Assembly (NCBI GenBank): GCA_963727845.1
Contig: CAVSHI010000001.1
Location: 87,308-151,307 of the forward strand
DNA: 64,000 nt
Direction of reading: 5' to 3'
DNA from: Ignavibacteriota bacterium
GTDB taxonomy: Bacteria; Bacteroidota; Ignavibacteria; UBA10030; SZUA-254
The notes below the pieces were generated by a model. It ran no database searches. It saw only the letters and a program-made list of their open reading frames with translations, and was not told the DNA's origin. The position numbers and the translations under genes are program-made. Shown in pieces: positions 38,301 through 48,156 of this stretch (position 1 is the stretch's first letter; each line of letters starts with the position of its first letter).

Positions 38301-39329
38301 GTTAAAATGATAGAACAGCTCTGTGAATGCCGGTTCAATAGCCTTGTCGGGAACAATGATCTTATCGTCCTGATCGGTTTCGTCTTGTTCGAATAGCCCG
38401 CCGTTCAGATATGGCACTCTGCCGATCACCTTCGCAAGGAATCCTCCACGGTTGATGCCGATCTGATTGACTTCATTGGGGGCATTCAAGCCGGAGAAGA
38501 ACAGAAGACGCAGACGATCACGATAGAAGCTGCTTTCCTTTGTCGCCTCCTTCTTGTAGTCTTCCCAGAGTGAACGCAAATAATCAGTGCGGTCGTTCAA
38601 CTTTAGCCAATCCTTCTTTTCAAGAAACCTCACAAAAAGAAGTCGATTGAAAAGCTTTTGTGTGAAGAGCCGCTTTTCGTCGCCCTTGACGCCGCGAATG
38701 AGATCCTCTGCGTTCTCGAAAACGCGTCTGTATTCTCTGAAGAACTCCGCAGTAACCTTTTCTACATCAAATGCAGTTGACCAAAGGTGAAGCCAGTTTG
38801 AAGGATCAATGCCAATCAGATTTTCTTCGGGCCATCCAAGCGCGGGGAGGTTGAACTCACACAAAGTACGAACCGGCTCTTCAGGCGACCACGAGAAGCG
38901 CGCCAGCTTTGCCCGTTCGGGTTTCTCGCCACGGAAGTGAGCGAACGTGAACTCTTGATTGGCGGTCATGCAGATAAAGAGGAGGTTTTCATGCTGCCAG
39001 CCGGGGAGCTTTGCATCTCGGCGGCGTTTTGGCACAAGTCCGCGCAGGACTTGTCGCAGGGCAGTTTTGTACACCTGGCCGTCGGTGAAGTTTACGAGGA
39101 AGATTCCCCAGGGTTGACCGTCTACCATCGGACGCAATTGTTTGATTGATCCATGGGCAAGGCGCTGCTGAGCGGCCGTACTCAACCGGAGATCTGCCGC
39201 TGTCCACTCAAATGTGACATCGTCAATGACAGGGTTTTCCGGCAAAGGCCAGTGAAGCTCATGCTCAAAAAACTCCAGAAGTGTTTTCTGGTCCCTGATT
39301 CTTCGGACAGCTTCTTCAGTAATCGCCAT
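35385..39329 (-). CDS. Eco57I/type IIG-like N6-adenine DNA methyltransferase with TRD and a C-terminal Schlafen/AlbA_2 domain
   Basis: YLNGGLF, GSYYTP, DPACGSGAYL, NPPY; C-terminal LEFKETL...TICAFLNTNGGTLLIGVSD. Start ATG at 39329. Confidence 0.88.
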   Translation of the reverse strand: MAITEEAVRRIRDQKTLLEFFEHELHWPLPENPVIDDVTFEWTAADLRLSTAAQQRLAHGSIKQLRPMVDGQPWGIFLVNFTDGQVYKTALRQVLRGLVPKRRRDAKLPGWQHENLLFICMTANQEFTFAHFRGEKPERAKLARFSWSPEEPVRTLCEFNLPALGWPEENLIGIDPSNWLHLWSTAFDVEKVTAEFFREYRRVFENAEDLIRGVKGDEKRLFTQKLFNRLLFVRFLEKKDWLKLNDRTDYLRSLWEDYKKEATKESSFYRDRLRLLFFSGLNAPNEVNQIGINRGGFLAKVIGRVPYLNGGLFEQDETDQDDKIIVPDKAIEPAFTELFYHFNFTVTESTPLDVTVAVDPEMLGRIFEELVTGRHETGSYYTPRTIVSFMCREALKGYLGGWEKLIEERDASGIIVPQARELLTQIAKITVVDPACGSGAYLLGMLHELHDITRLLDTRTDKPSAKDDYERKLNIIQNTLYGVDIDPFATNIARLRLWLSLAVDFEGNDPPPLPNLDFKIEVGDSLTAPNPQDIPDLFRQVLLEHADKIAVLKGEHMRAHHEVKKQRAAEILKEEEQLTKALRDSPAPKDSFDWRVKFAEVFRHDGFNVVLANPPYGVACEDPLRFQYFPKVKGEVPQSKDSYGLFMARALQLLKPGGFFTFIVSDTWRTIRTHKPLRKHLLTKTVLHVLDLPSWIFKATVNTCILSLRNERAHEKHYIVAGDLHSLPAGDWTTLDANLGAVAAHGVDLQTATYARYTYAQALVGRNSNLPFFIGSPKLFALTMDDKQVNKKKKEVGLIEKKAVDARNLQINGKSVEIVRFGDIASIVQGISTGDNEYYVRKREGIGGSYEQVDAKLILTQRELRDLTEEEQLNGIPTSRFGGKHFVPFDKGGEADTEVGWLPNYYVPCDYFIDWSYKSIKRMKSLTISDRKRYYGEKGKIRDGDDKKLASALRNEDFWFTRGISFSPTGQYSPSFRLNAESVFQNTGSGIFTEILGYEYLLGCLCSLLARHLFKVYHNHTVHTQEGDVLDFGLALSSEKHSETISRLVGAIVEKQKKEPAYRYHLNEQAEIDHLIYELYGLIEEDIKEIELWFCRRYPKLAEAQGVLNAVGERYAAHLARCEMILSKPPGYWKSHPILMLISQGEGAQLEFKETLEYVDQEAYKQPLRAKHVPEAQINQRYAETVKDVVHSSLKTICAFLNTNGGTLLIGVSDSGEVKGLGGDYKLCNKHDKDGFELKLRAMISSRFKPQPLGSVDVTFEELPEGTVGVVRFTPVAKPEIVLLDDEVFVREGNQSPKLEGQNLTKWVADRVKG

Positions 39330-39381
39330 CAGGAAACCTCCGATACCTTGACGGAGTGGAGGCGCTCGATGTCTGAGGGTT

Positions 39382-40482
39382 TCATGACGGTCGGGCCTGT
39401 TTCTTTTCCGGGATTCCACGCTGTGCAAGCCGCTCGCGCGCAGCAACAACCGCCCGGTGCAGTTTCTTCTCAAGAAGTTTCCGTGGCGGCAGCTCGGTCA
39501 TGTACTCCGCTACGCGGATGCTGCTCTTTTCAAGTTGCAGCAGCTCTACTTGCTCGGTGGATTTGCCGGCACAGAGAATCAAGCCGACGGGTGAGTCTTC
39601 ACCGTCTTGTTGCTCATGCTTCTCCAGCCAGCGGAGGTATAGCTCCATCTGCCCTTTGTCGGCGGCTCTGAACGCGCCAAGCTTCAGGTCAACCACGACG
39701 AGCCTGTGCAACTTGCGATGGTAGAAGAGAAGGTCGATATAGTAGTCCTCGTTGTCAACGGTGATCCGCTTCTGTCGGGCGACAAAGCTGAACCCCACGC
39801 CAAGCTCAAGGATGAATGACTCCATCTCCCGGAGGATCGCGGCTTCGAGGTCTTTTTCGCTGTAGGCATCCTTGAGGCCGAGGAAGTCAAGAAAGTAAGG
39901 ATCACGGAAAACAAGATCTGGCGTGAGCTTGTCTTCATTGCGCAGGGATTTCAGTTCCTGCTTGATCAGCTTGTCCGGTTTCTTTGAGATGGCGGTGCGC
40001 TCATAGAGCATGCTTCCAATCTTCTCACGGAGTGTACGAACGCTCCACCGTTCGATGCGGCACATTTCGGCGTAGAAATCCCTTTTGAGTGTGTCCTCAA
40101 CTGTGATTAACTCGATGAAGTGGCTCCACCCCAATTGTTGCGACAGTGTCGCAACAATCTTCAGTCGGGGGAACATTTCAGAAAATGTAATCATGCGCGT
40201 AAGAGCGCTATATGAGAAACCCTTCCCGTATTCCTGCATTAATTGTGCAGACAGTGTCTGCACAATCTGACGACCATATTCTGCACGCTTTTCACCGAGT
40301 ACGTCCTTGTGAATCCGTGCCCCGATCTGCCAGTAGAGCATAGAGGTTGTTGAGTTTACTGCGACCGCAAAATGTTGGCGTACAGTATTAACGAGTTCCC
40401 GGATTTCACCGAATAGCCGCACAGCAACCTCGTTTGTCTTCTCCTGCCTAACGATGAGCGAAACGACTCTTCTCTTCTTCAT
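39382..40482 (-). CDS. DUF1016/YhcG PD-(D/E)XK nuclease-domain protein
   Basis: YWQIG, LGWSHF, RDPYFLDFL, ELGVGFSFVARQ, IDLLFYHR...VDLK and PVGLILC. Confidence 0.92.
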   Translation of the reverse strand: MKKRRVVSLIVRQEKTNEVAVRLFGEIRELVNTVRQHFAVAVNSTTSMLYWQIGARIHKDVLGEKRAEYGRQIVQTLSAQLMQEYGKGFSYSALTRMITFSEMFPRLKIVATLSQQLGWSHFIELITVEDTLKRDFYAEMCRIERWSVRTLREKIGSMLYERTAISKKPDKLIKQELKSLRNEDKLTPDLVFRDPYFLDFLGLKDAYSEKDLEAAILREMESFILELGVGFSFVARQKRITVDNEDYYIDLLFYHRKLHRLVVVDLKLGAFRAADKGQMELYLRWLEKHEQQDGEDSPVGLILCAGKSTEQVELLQLEKSSIRVAEYMTELPPRKLLEKKLHRAVVAARERLAQRGIPEKKQARPS

Positions 40483-43400
40483 CAACTTAACTCCATCCAC
40501 GCTTTGAGTTTTGCCTTAACCCCTATCGGCGCCTGGACACTCTTGAAATATGTGTTCTGGATATACCGTTCCACTTTGGCGCGAATCTCAGTGAGTGATT
40601 TTTTCTCCATAGCGCAGTGTCGCGGAGTCTTAGGAGTGCATCTGATCAGCTTAATGATCTCACTTGGTTCTTCAACCACCCTCTCACCGGCAAGATCAAA
40701 AAGATACCAGCGAGAAGAGCCTGCGTCTTCCGTCCAAACCATCGCATCGGTTTTCCCTTTATCACTGTCCTCAGCTTTTGGCGCAGGCAGCGAGTAACAA
40801 AGGAACACTGCGCGTGAACCTTTGCATTCATGCTCCTTACCACTAAAGACTTTTCCGGGCAAAGCGTCAAGCCTGGCAACCAATCCTGCATCGTCCTGCA
40901 GAAGCTTGTTATATTCGAGCCGCATAGCTTCGAGCTCGCTCGTGGTCCCTTCGAGTTCATGCGTAAACTCTTTCAAAGCATCAAAATCGTCCTTTGGTGT
41001 GAGGAGCTTCTTTCCTTCAATGCCGAAAACTTTGGAGATCCTAAGCGTCTTATGCGATACTTTTGCGTACAGATTGAGCAGCCGATCAAGTTCGTCGGGC
41101 GGAAGGAAGTTCCAGTATGCCACAGTCCGGCGGACGTCCTTCTGATCTGGGTGATCCAAAAGTATGCGTTCTTCAATGTCTGGGTTTAATCGTCGGTCCA
41201 CGCGTCCAATACGCTGCATCAGCCGGACAGGATTCCAATGCAAGTCGTAGTTGATAAGCCGGGTGGCATCCTGCAGGTTGAGTCCTTCGGAAAGAACGTC
41301 CGTTGAAACTAAAACCCGAGTTTCTGACAACCCCTCACTGGCAAGTTCTTTTGAAGACGATCCGTTGTAGTACGGAGAGAACTGACGTATAGTCTTGCCT
41401 CTGTCCTTGTCCACCGCGCTATCAACTTCGTCGATGTTCTCAATACCTGCGCGCTCGAGCTCGCCTCGAAGATAGCGCGCGGTTGCCATGTACTCTGAGA
41501 AAATTAGCACCTTATGACGCTTGAGTACAGGATCGTCCTTGAGCAACTGGATGAGCCTCTTCAACTTGTCATCGTTCGAAACTTTGAACTTCTTCAGTTC
41601 TACGAGAAACTCAGCTATTTGGTCAAGATCCTGGTAGGTCTCGTTCATGATCTCTTCAACCTTATACTCCTGACGCGAGAGAGACTCAATGTCGTCCAGC
41701 ATCTCGTCGGTGATTACGTCCTCATCAATCTCCTGCTCTGGATCAGACCCGAACAACTCGAGCTGGTGTTTCTTCAAGCTTCCGATAACCTCTGCATGCT
41801 TCAGCTTCCAATGATCCAGTTTATCCTTCTCCGCTGGAGTGATGCTTTGTTTTTCAATCCACGCCAGGAGCCTCAGAAGAAGGCTTTCGCAGGACATCTC
41901 GAATGCCTTCGCAGAACTTTCAAAACGCTTAAGAAACTGGGTGCGGATAAGTCCGACGACCTGTTTCTGTCGTCCCTTCTCAAAAGGATCGACTTTCGTG
42001 TCGGGACCTTTGTAGTAAGCCAGGGGGAAGTAGACAGCGAGTGAGAAGAGTGGCTTCTCTTTGGAGAAGGCCGTTTCGATCATCTCGAGCAACCGGCCGT
42101 ATGTTTTCTTTACAGAGTAGTCGGCGACAATCGGATCCTGGCGAACTGGAAAAATGGCAAGGCGACCGCCATGCTGAAGCTGATTTGCCTTAACATACGC
42201 GCGGCTACGCTGGACCACGAGTGCCCTGAAGAGGTTATCGCTGAACAAGACCTTCTCAGCTTCGGCTTGGTTGGTCTCGAACTCCATCTCAACCTGAGGA
42301 TTATCCTTGCCGCCCAGAAATTTTTCAAGAACGTTTTCCATTTTCCTAAAATGACCGGACAGCGAGTGAATGCCCAGTGGGGCGACCTTGAAATAGTCTG
42401 GCCTTTCACGACGGGAAAACAACTCAATCATGTGTTGCAAATCTCTGAGACTGTTGTTGATCGGCGTGGCAGTCAACATGAAAAGGGTCTTACCCTCTGC
42501 GATTTCGTAGAGCTTCCAGTAACGGGACTTCTCTTTGACGCCGGGGTTCCGGAAGTGGTGTGCCTCGTCGATCACGATCACATCGGCTTGCTCTGTCATC
42601 CTCTTCATCTCATCCGCATACTCGCCACCTCGCATGAGATCAGTGTGGCTGAAAATACGTAGGTTAGTGAAGCCACCACCGAGATCAGGGAGATAACGAT
42701 CCAAAGACATTTGCCAAACGGGCTTCAAGGCAGCCTTCGGTACCAACAGCATCACACGCTTGCGTTCGTACTTTATGAGACGTTCAATCAACATCATACC
42801 GATAAAGGTCTTGCCCAGGCCTACTCCGTCGCAAAGCAAAGCCCCTCCCCATTTATCCCCGATTTTCATCAAAGCCTGGTATCCCTCGCGTTGATATCGA
42901 TCCAACTGTGGAAAAACCTTCGAATGCGTCAACTCCCACTCTCCAACCGTCATCTCATGTCCGCGAAAGAACTCCTGAAGAGCTTTCGCGTACACTTCGA
43001 ACGGTGAATAATCTCGTGTGTGCCGTTCAATGACTTTCAAGATGTCATCCGTGATGTCCTCCGCTTGGTTCCAATGACGGTCGAACCATTCTTGAAGAAT
43101 CTCGACCTCACGTCGAATCTGGACGTTAAGTTCGACGTTCTTTGTCAAACCCGGAAATGTGAAGTTGCTTGATCCTACCAGAGCAGATGACCCAACAACA
43201 GCAGACTTTGCATGAGTAATGTACGCCTTCGCGTGGAACTTGTCTTTGGTGTATACCTTACAGAGCATTGTTTTCTTTTGAAGGGCATCAACAATGCCCG
43301 GTACACCGGCAAGGAAGTCGTTCGTTTCTTTTTCTCTCTCAATGCTTGCATCGAGAACAGCCTTCACATGCTCGACGCCTTCGAGGAGAGCTTTCTTGGT

Positions 43401-43619
43401 TCTCCGGGAGACCTCATCACCCATGAGGATCCGAAGTTTGTCGAGTTTCTGCCATTGACCATCAAGAGCGAGCAGTGCACCGATCTCAAAGTAGCCCGTC
43501 GCAATGTCGAACGAATTGGCGATGTCAGTCCATTCGTGGAGGTAGTTCAGGACTTTCCAGTCAGAGTCGCTGTTGTCAACGATGAAGAGTTCTGAGCCAG
43601 CCTTGTTGGGTTTAGTCAT
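40482..43619 (-). CDS. PLD-nuclease / SNF2-like helicase fusion
   Basis: HAK...GSSNFT PLD motif, DGVGLGKT, DEAH, LTATPINN, STDVLSEGLNLQ and QRIGRVDR. Start ATG at 43619. Confidence 0.9.
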   Translation of the reverse strand: MTKPNKAGSELFIVDNSDSDWKVLNYLHEWTDIANSFDIATGYFEIGALLALDGQWQKLDKLRILMGDEVSRRTKKALLEGVEHVKAVLDASIEREKETNDFLAGVPGIVDALQKKTMLCKVYTKDKFHAKAYITHAKSAVVGSSALVGSSNFTFPGLTKNVELNVQIRREVEILQEWFDRHWNQAEDITDDILKVIERHTRDYSPFEVYAKALQEFFRGHEMTVGEWELTHSKVFPQLDRYQREGYQALMKIGDKWGGALLCDGVGLGKTFIGMMLIERLIKYERKRVMLLVPKAALKPVWQMSLDRYLPDLGGGFTNLRIFSHTDLMRGGEYADEMKRMTEQADVIVIDEAHHFRNPGVKEKSRYWKLYEIAEGKTLFMLTATPINNSLRDLQHMIELFSRRERPDYFKVAPLGIHSLSGHFRKMENVLEKFLGGKDNPQVEMEFETNQAEAEKVLFSDNLFRALVVQRSRAYVKANQLQHGGRLAIFPVRQDPIVADYSVKKTYGRLLEMIETAFSKEKPLFSLAVYFPLAYYKGPDTKVDPFEKGRQKQVVGLIRTQFLKRFESSAKAFEMSCESLLLRLLAWIEKQSITPAEKDKLDHWKLKHAEVIGSLKKHQLELFGSDPEQEIDEDVITDEMLDDIESLSRQEYKVEEIMNETYQDLDQIAEFLVELKKFKVSNDDKLKRLIQLLKDDPVLKRHKVLIFSEYMATARYLRGELERAGIENIDEVDSAVDKDRGKTIRQFSPYYNGSSSKELASEGLSETRVLVSTDVLSEGLNLQDATRLINYDLHWNPVRLMQRIGRVDRRLNPDIEERILLDHPDQKDVRRTVAYWNFLPPDELDRLLNLYAKVSHKTLRISKVFGIEGKKLLTPKDDFDALKEFTHELEGTTSELEAMRLEYNKLLQDDAGLVARLDALPGKVFSGKEHECKGSRAVFLCYSLPAPKAEDSDKGKTDAMVWTEDAGSSRWYLFDLAGERVVEEPSEIIKLIRCTPKTPRHCAMEKKSLTEIRAKVERYIQNTYFKSVQAPIGVKAKLKAWMELS

Positions 43620-44112
43620 CAATGCTGAAGATAAGTGGTAATAGTCACATGCCAACCTTTGCAAAACAAAGAGCCCGTAGAGTATCGGGATGCTTGCTGG
43701 ATGCCACCCTACGGTTTCAGTTGTTCATTCCGTCGAATGGAGGTTCTCAAATCCTTGCTTGGAGACCAGCAAACTTCGCAGGGAATATACGAAAAAAAGA
43801 AGAAACAATGAAGGGCACTCATCTCTTGGCTAGTCCCGGTGTAGATCCACCAAGGTCAATCCCGGGTGAGTTTGTCTTTCTTCCTTTCCCGAAAATATCG
43901 TATCTTCCTATAATTCGAGGCAGCTCAAAAATCCCAATAGCTTGTCATGCCCGAATGTTCCGCTTTTCAGAATCCCGCCTACGTAAGCGGAATCCAGATG
44001 CCGGGACTTTAGTCGGACATCTTAATTGGATTCCCGCTTAAGACGTGCGGGAATGGCAAGCGTGTTGACCCGATCATGCGAAGCATGAATTAACAATTCA
44101 GAAGTCTCATTT

Positions 44113-47100
44113 TTGAAATTCCACTATCATCACTTTCTCGTGTCCATAAAAAGTACGCTTCTGATTCTTGCACTGCTTCTCGCCGGGTGCAGTCGTAACC
44201 CGATGGAAAAGAAACCCATCACGCTCGACGAGCTGATGATCGAGGTCAAAGCCCCGTCGCGGGAAATTGCCTATACGAACAAACAGGCGGGCTATTTCTA
44301 TACGGAAACGAACGGCGATCTTCGCACCGGTTGGCAGGGATGGCATATCATGTCGACAAAGATGATGGACGATTACATCCTGACGATTGACGGCAAGCCG
44401 CTGATAAAAAAAGAAGCCCGGCTTGCGCGCGTATTTCCGCACCAATTGATTCGCGTGTACCCGGATGAAGTGCTGGAAACCGTTACGCTGCTTGATTCCA
44501 TCGACGCGCTCGTTGTTGAGCTTGACGGCACAAAAGGGAAGGATCTGACCGTTGCCCCTCTGTTCGGAGATTCACATCTCTCCGGCGATTATGTTACCAG
44601 ATTGGAAGAGAACGTCCTTCTCATCGCTAAGAGTCGCCACCTTCGTCGCACCGCGAAAGAGAACTATCCGGTCTGGATCGGACTGACGGCCGCTCTGACA
44701 ACTTCCAATTCCCGCGCCCGGTTCGATTCATTGAATTTCGGCGCCAGGTTCAGTCCGGCACAATTTTCTGCCGAGATCTCCAATTCCTCGGCGGCGATGA
44801 TTTTAGTCGCCGGGGATTCCGCCTCTCAGGTTGTCAGCGCCGCGCATGAGGTTGCGGCAAGCTACAGGCAGTTGATTCAAAAACGAAAAGACCGGATGGA
44901 GCGCCTTCTCAACAGGTCGTATCTCCGGACAGACAATGAACGGTTCACCAAGGCCATCAATTGGGCAAAGATCTCCATGGATGCTCTCATCATGAATCAG
45001 ATGAAGAAAGGCATCTACGCCGGCCTTCCGTGGTTTGACGATTACTGGGGAAGGGATTCGTACATCTCGCTCACAGGTGCAACGCTGGTGACGGGGGATT
45101 TTGCCGTCGCAAAGCAAATCCTGCAATCGTTCTCCGACTGGCAGGACCGGAATGCCGGCAGCCCGACGTTCGGAAGAATCCCGAATCTCGTGACGACCAA
45201 CTCCATCGTGTACAACACGGCCGACGGCACGCCCCGGTTTAGTATCGCGCTCAACGATTACATAAAGTATTCCAACGATACGGCCTTCGCGCGCGAGATG
45301 TATCCAACGATGTACGTTGCCATCGAAGGGGCAATCTCTAATCATACCGATATGCACGGGTTCCTGATGCACGGCGATGCCGAAACATGGATGGATGCCG
45401 TCGGTCCCGACGGAGCGTGGAGCCCGCGGGGAAACCGGGCGAACGACATTCAGGCGTTGTGGTACCGGCAATTGCAGGTTGGCGTCTGGCTGGCGACACT
45501 TGAAGGGGATCGTCAGACGGTGGTGCGCTGGGACGGCTACGCGCAGACACTCATTTCCAGTTTCAACAGGTATTTTGTCAATGGCGATTCGGGTTTCGTA
45601 TACGACCATCTCATGCCCGATGGAACGCCGGACCGGCAGATGCGCCCGAATCAACTCTTCACATTGAATATGATACTTGACCCGGATGTGAAGGCGAAAG
45701 TCTTCCGGACGGTAACCGAGCGGCTCGTTTATCCGCACGGTGTCGCGTCGCTCTGGCAGGAAGATCGGAATTTTCATCCCTATCATCATCACGAGCCGTA
45801 CTACGTTCAGGATGCGGCATATCATAACGGCATCGTCTGGACATGGCTCGCCGGGCGATGGGTCGATGCGGCGACCGGCTATGGATTGTCCGATCTCGCA
45901 TTCACCGTGAGCGACAACATGGCGACTCAGATGCTCGACCGTGGCGCGGTTGGGACGCTCTCGGAGCTTCTTGACGCGGCTCCGCATCCCGGAGAGTCGG
46001 AGCCGCGCCTCTCGGGCGCATTCTCGCAGGCCTGGAGTCTTGCGGAATTCGTCCGCTCGTTCTACCAGTCGTATCTTGGAGTCACCGTCGATGCCGCCGC
46101 TCCGCGAATCTACCTCCGCCCCCGTCTTCCATCGTCAATACAGCAAGCGGACTTCACTGTTCCGGTTGGCCAGTTCTGCGTCGAGGTGCATTATCACATT
46201 GAAAAAAGTGATGGGGAAATCGTTTTGAAATCACCGTCCGACGCTCGCGACGTTGAGGTCCAGCTTGAGTGGCCGTTTCCGGATGGAGCCGCCAGGGTCT
46301 TTATGGCACGATTGCGCCCGAACAATCCTGTGACTCTTGAAATCAACCATCGTGGCGTGATGGAAAAAACCGCGACTTTTTCACAACAGCTCGATACGAC
46401 GTTCCGAAAGCCCATGGAATCCGTTTCGGCGCTTCAAGGGATCTGCCTCGCAACGCCGGTGGTTCATCCCGATCTCAAAGCCCTTCAGCAACCAACACAC
46501 CGGATTTTGACAAACGCAGAGGTGAAAAGTCCGTCCTCCGGCACCTCGGTCCTCTATGAAATAACAGATCCGGTCGGAGATGACAAAGGGACGGGGTCAT
46601 ACACCTACCCACTCACACCGAACCTGAAACCGGGGAGTCTGGACATCACGTATTTCAAAGTCTCAGCCGATGAGAAAAATGTTCACTTCTTGTTGCGATT
46701 CAGGAATCTCTCCAATCCCGGCTGGCATCCGGAATATGGTTTTCAACTGACGTTCGGAGCCATCGCAATCGATAAAGATGGAATACCGGGCTCCGGCCAG
46801 ACACTGGTCGGTCGAAATGCGCGATATGTTCTGAACAGATCGCATGCTTTCGAGAACATCATATATTTCGGGGGCGGGGTAAGCGTTGAGGATGCGAAGG
46901 GGAATATCCTGGCCGAATACCGTCCAGTCCCAGGCGATGAACGAAATCCTTTGGGAAGTGTCGACACCAAAACGGTGTCTTTTGCGATTCCCGTCGAGAT
47001 TCTTGGGATGCCGAAATCGAGCTGGAGATACACGGTCCTCATCGGCGCCCAGGACGACCATGGGGGAGCGGGAATTGGAGAGTTCCGGAATGTCGGCTTT

Positions 47101-47181
47101 GAGGCAGGCGAGTGGGTCGGCGGAGGGAAGAGGAAGTCCGATGATCCGAACGTATACGATGTTATTCTACCCCGGAGATAG
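44113..47181 (+). CDS. Amylo-alpha-1,6-glucosidase (glycogen debranching, GDE-C type) lipoprotein with C-terminal glucodextranase DOMON-like domain
   Basis: Lipobox LLAGC, IYAGLPWF...WGRD, GRIPN, YNTADGT, TWMD, YHNGIVWTWL, QAWS; C-terminal DPVGDDKGTGSYTYP. Confidence 0.85.
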   Translation: MKFHYHHFLVSIKSTLLILALLLAGCSRNPMEKKPITLDELMIEVKAPSREIAYTNKQAGYFYTETNGDLRTGWQGWHIMSTKMMDDYILTIDGKPLIKKEARLARVFPHQLIRVYPDEVLETVTLLDSIDALVVELDGTKGKDLTVAPLFGDSHLSGDYVTRLEENVLLIAKSRHLRRTAKENYPVWIGLTAALTTSNSRARFDSLNFGARFSPAQFSAEISNSSAAMILVAGDSASQVVSAAHEVAASYRQLIQKRKDRMERLLNRSYLRTDNERFTKAINWAKISMDALIMNQMKKGIYAGLPWFDDYWGRDSYISLTGATLVTGDFAVAKQILQSFSDWQDRNAGSPTFGRIPNLVTTNSIVYNTADGTPRFSIALNDYIKYSNDTAFAREMYPTMYVAIEGAISNHTDMHGFLMHGDAETWMDAVGPDGAWSPRGNRANDIQALWYRQLQVGVWLATLEGDRQTVVRWDGYAQTLISSFNRYFVNGDSGFVYDHLMPDGTPDRQMRPNQLFTLNMILDPDVKAKVFRTVTERLVYPHGVASLWQEDRNFHPYHHHEPYYVQDAAYHNGIVWTWLAGRWVDAATGYGLSDLAFTVSDNMATQMLDRGAVGTLSELLDAAPHPGESEPRLSGAFSQAWSLAEFVRSFYQSYLGVTVDAAAPRIYLRPRLPSSIQQADFTVPVGQFCVEVHYHIEKSDGEIVLKSPSDARDVEVQLEWPFPDGAARVFMARLRPNNPVTLEINHRGVMEKTATFSQQLDTTFRKPMESVSALQGICLATPVVHPDLKALQQPTHRILTNAEVKSPSSGTSVLYEITDPVGDDKGTGSYTYPLTPNLKPGSLDITYFKVSADEKNVHFLLRFRNLSNPGWHPEYGFQLTFGAIAIDKDGIPGSGQTLVGRNARYVLNRSHAFENIIYFGGGVSVEDAKGNILAEYRPVPGDERNPLGSVDTKTVSFAIPVEILGMPKSSWRYTVLIGAQDDHGGAGIGEFRNVGFEAGEWVGGGKRKSDDPNVYDVILPRR

Positions 47182-47187
47182 CAAATG

Positions 47188-47305
47188 GGTTGTAGGTGGT
47201 AGGTGATAGGTAGTAGAAACTGGATGTGGCAAACAAAGGGAGTTGATATGATTGATTCCATTATGCATGGCCAACCTATTCCCTATTTCCTACCACCTAT
47301 TACCT
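47188..47305. repeat. Inverted pair of 7-nt periodic low-complexity arrays
   Basis: GTAGGTG/ATAGGTA units on the left and CCTATT/CCTACCA units on the right. Confidence 0.5.
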
Positions 47306-47493
47306 GGAAGATCCCCCGATGTCTGGCAGACCGACAGAAACATCATATGGAAGTAAGAGGATCAAATTGAGGATTTTTCCGTGCATTGAGTCGACACAAA
47401 GCGCGAGCGGCTGCAATCGCCGGCCGCAATTTGAATCTCACCCCCGCCTTTCGTATCTTTTCTGAAACAAAAATTGTGAAAAGGTGAGATTTT

Positions 47494-48156
47494 ATGGTTG
47501 CCGATCATTTAAAACTGGCCGATAAATACATTCTTCAGAACGAATTTGATGCCGCGGAGGAAGAAGTAAACCAAGCCGTCGATCTCGACCCGGGAAATAT
47601 CTACGCTCTCGCATATCTGGAACGTGTCAAGCTCTACAGGGTTCAATATGAGAAAAAGAAGCGCGAAGGGGATCAGCCGCGCGGAGCCGGTCAACAACAT
47701 CTCCCGGGGCCGGCCAAGGCTTCAGGCAAGGTAAAGGAACCGGGCACTGCTTCAAAAATCATTGTTATCGACGACGAGTCGGACTACCGTGAGATACTCG
47801 GGTTGTTGCTTTCGGGAGCGGGATACAAGGTGGAGTCGGCTTCATCGCCCGAAGAGGCAATCGAGAAATTGAAATCATTTGTTCCGGACCTCATTCTGTG
47901 CGACATTCATTTTGATAACTCCGGCATGGACGGTTTCTCTCTCTACAGCCATGTTCGCAAAACTCCCAGTCTCGTAGCCGTTCCCTTCATCTTCATCACG
48001 GGAGTAAAAGACGAAAAGATACATCAATCGAGCCTGGAAATCGGCGTGGATGATTTCATCGCCAAGCCGTTTAGCGGCAGCACGTTGTTGGCCGCGGTCG
48101 GGGGGAAAATCAAGAGATTCAGTGAATTGAGGAAAACGGGTAAGGGGCCATCCTAG
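47494..48156 (+). CDS. Response regulator with a short N-terminal TPR-like segment
   Basis: AVDLDPGNIYALAYL TPR-like helix pair; IIVIDDE...LCDI...KPF receiver. Confidence 0.8.
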   Translation: MVADHLKLADKYILQNEFDAAEEEVNQAVDLDPGNIYALAYLERVKLYRVQYEKKKREGDQPRGAGQQHLPGPAKASGKVKEPGTASKIIVIDDESDYREILGLLLSGAGYKVESASSPEEAIEKLKSFVPDLILCDIHFDNSGMDGFSLYSHVRKTPSLVAVPFIFITGVKDEKIHQSSLEIGVDDFIAKPFSGSTLLAAVGGKIKRFSELRKTGKGPS

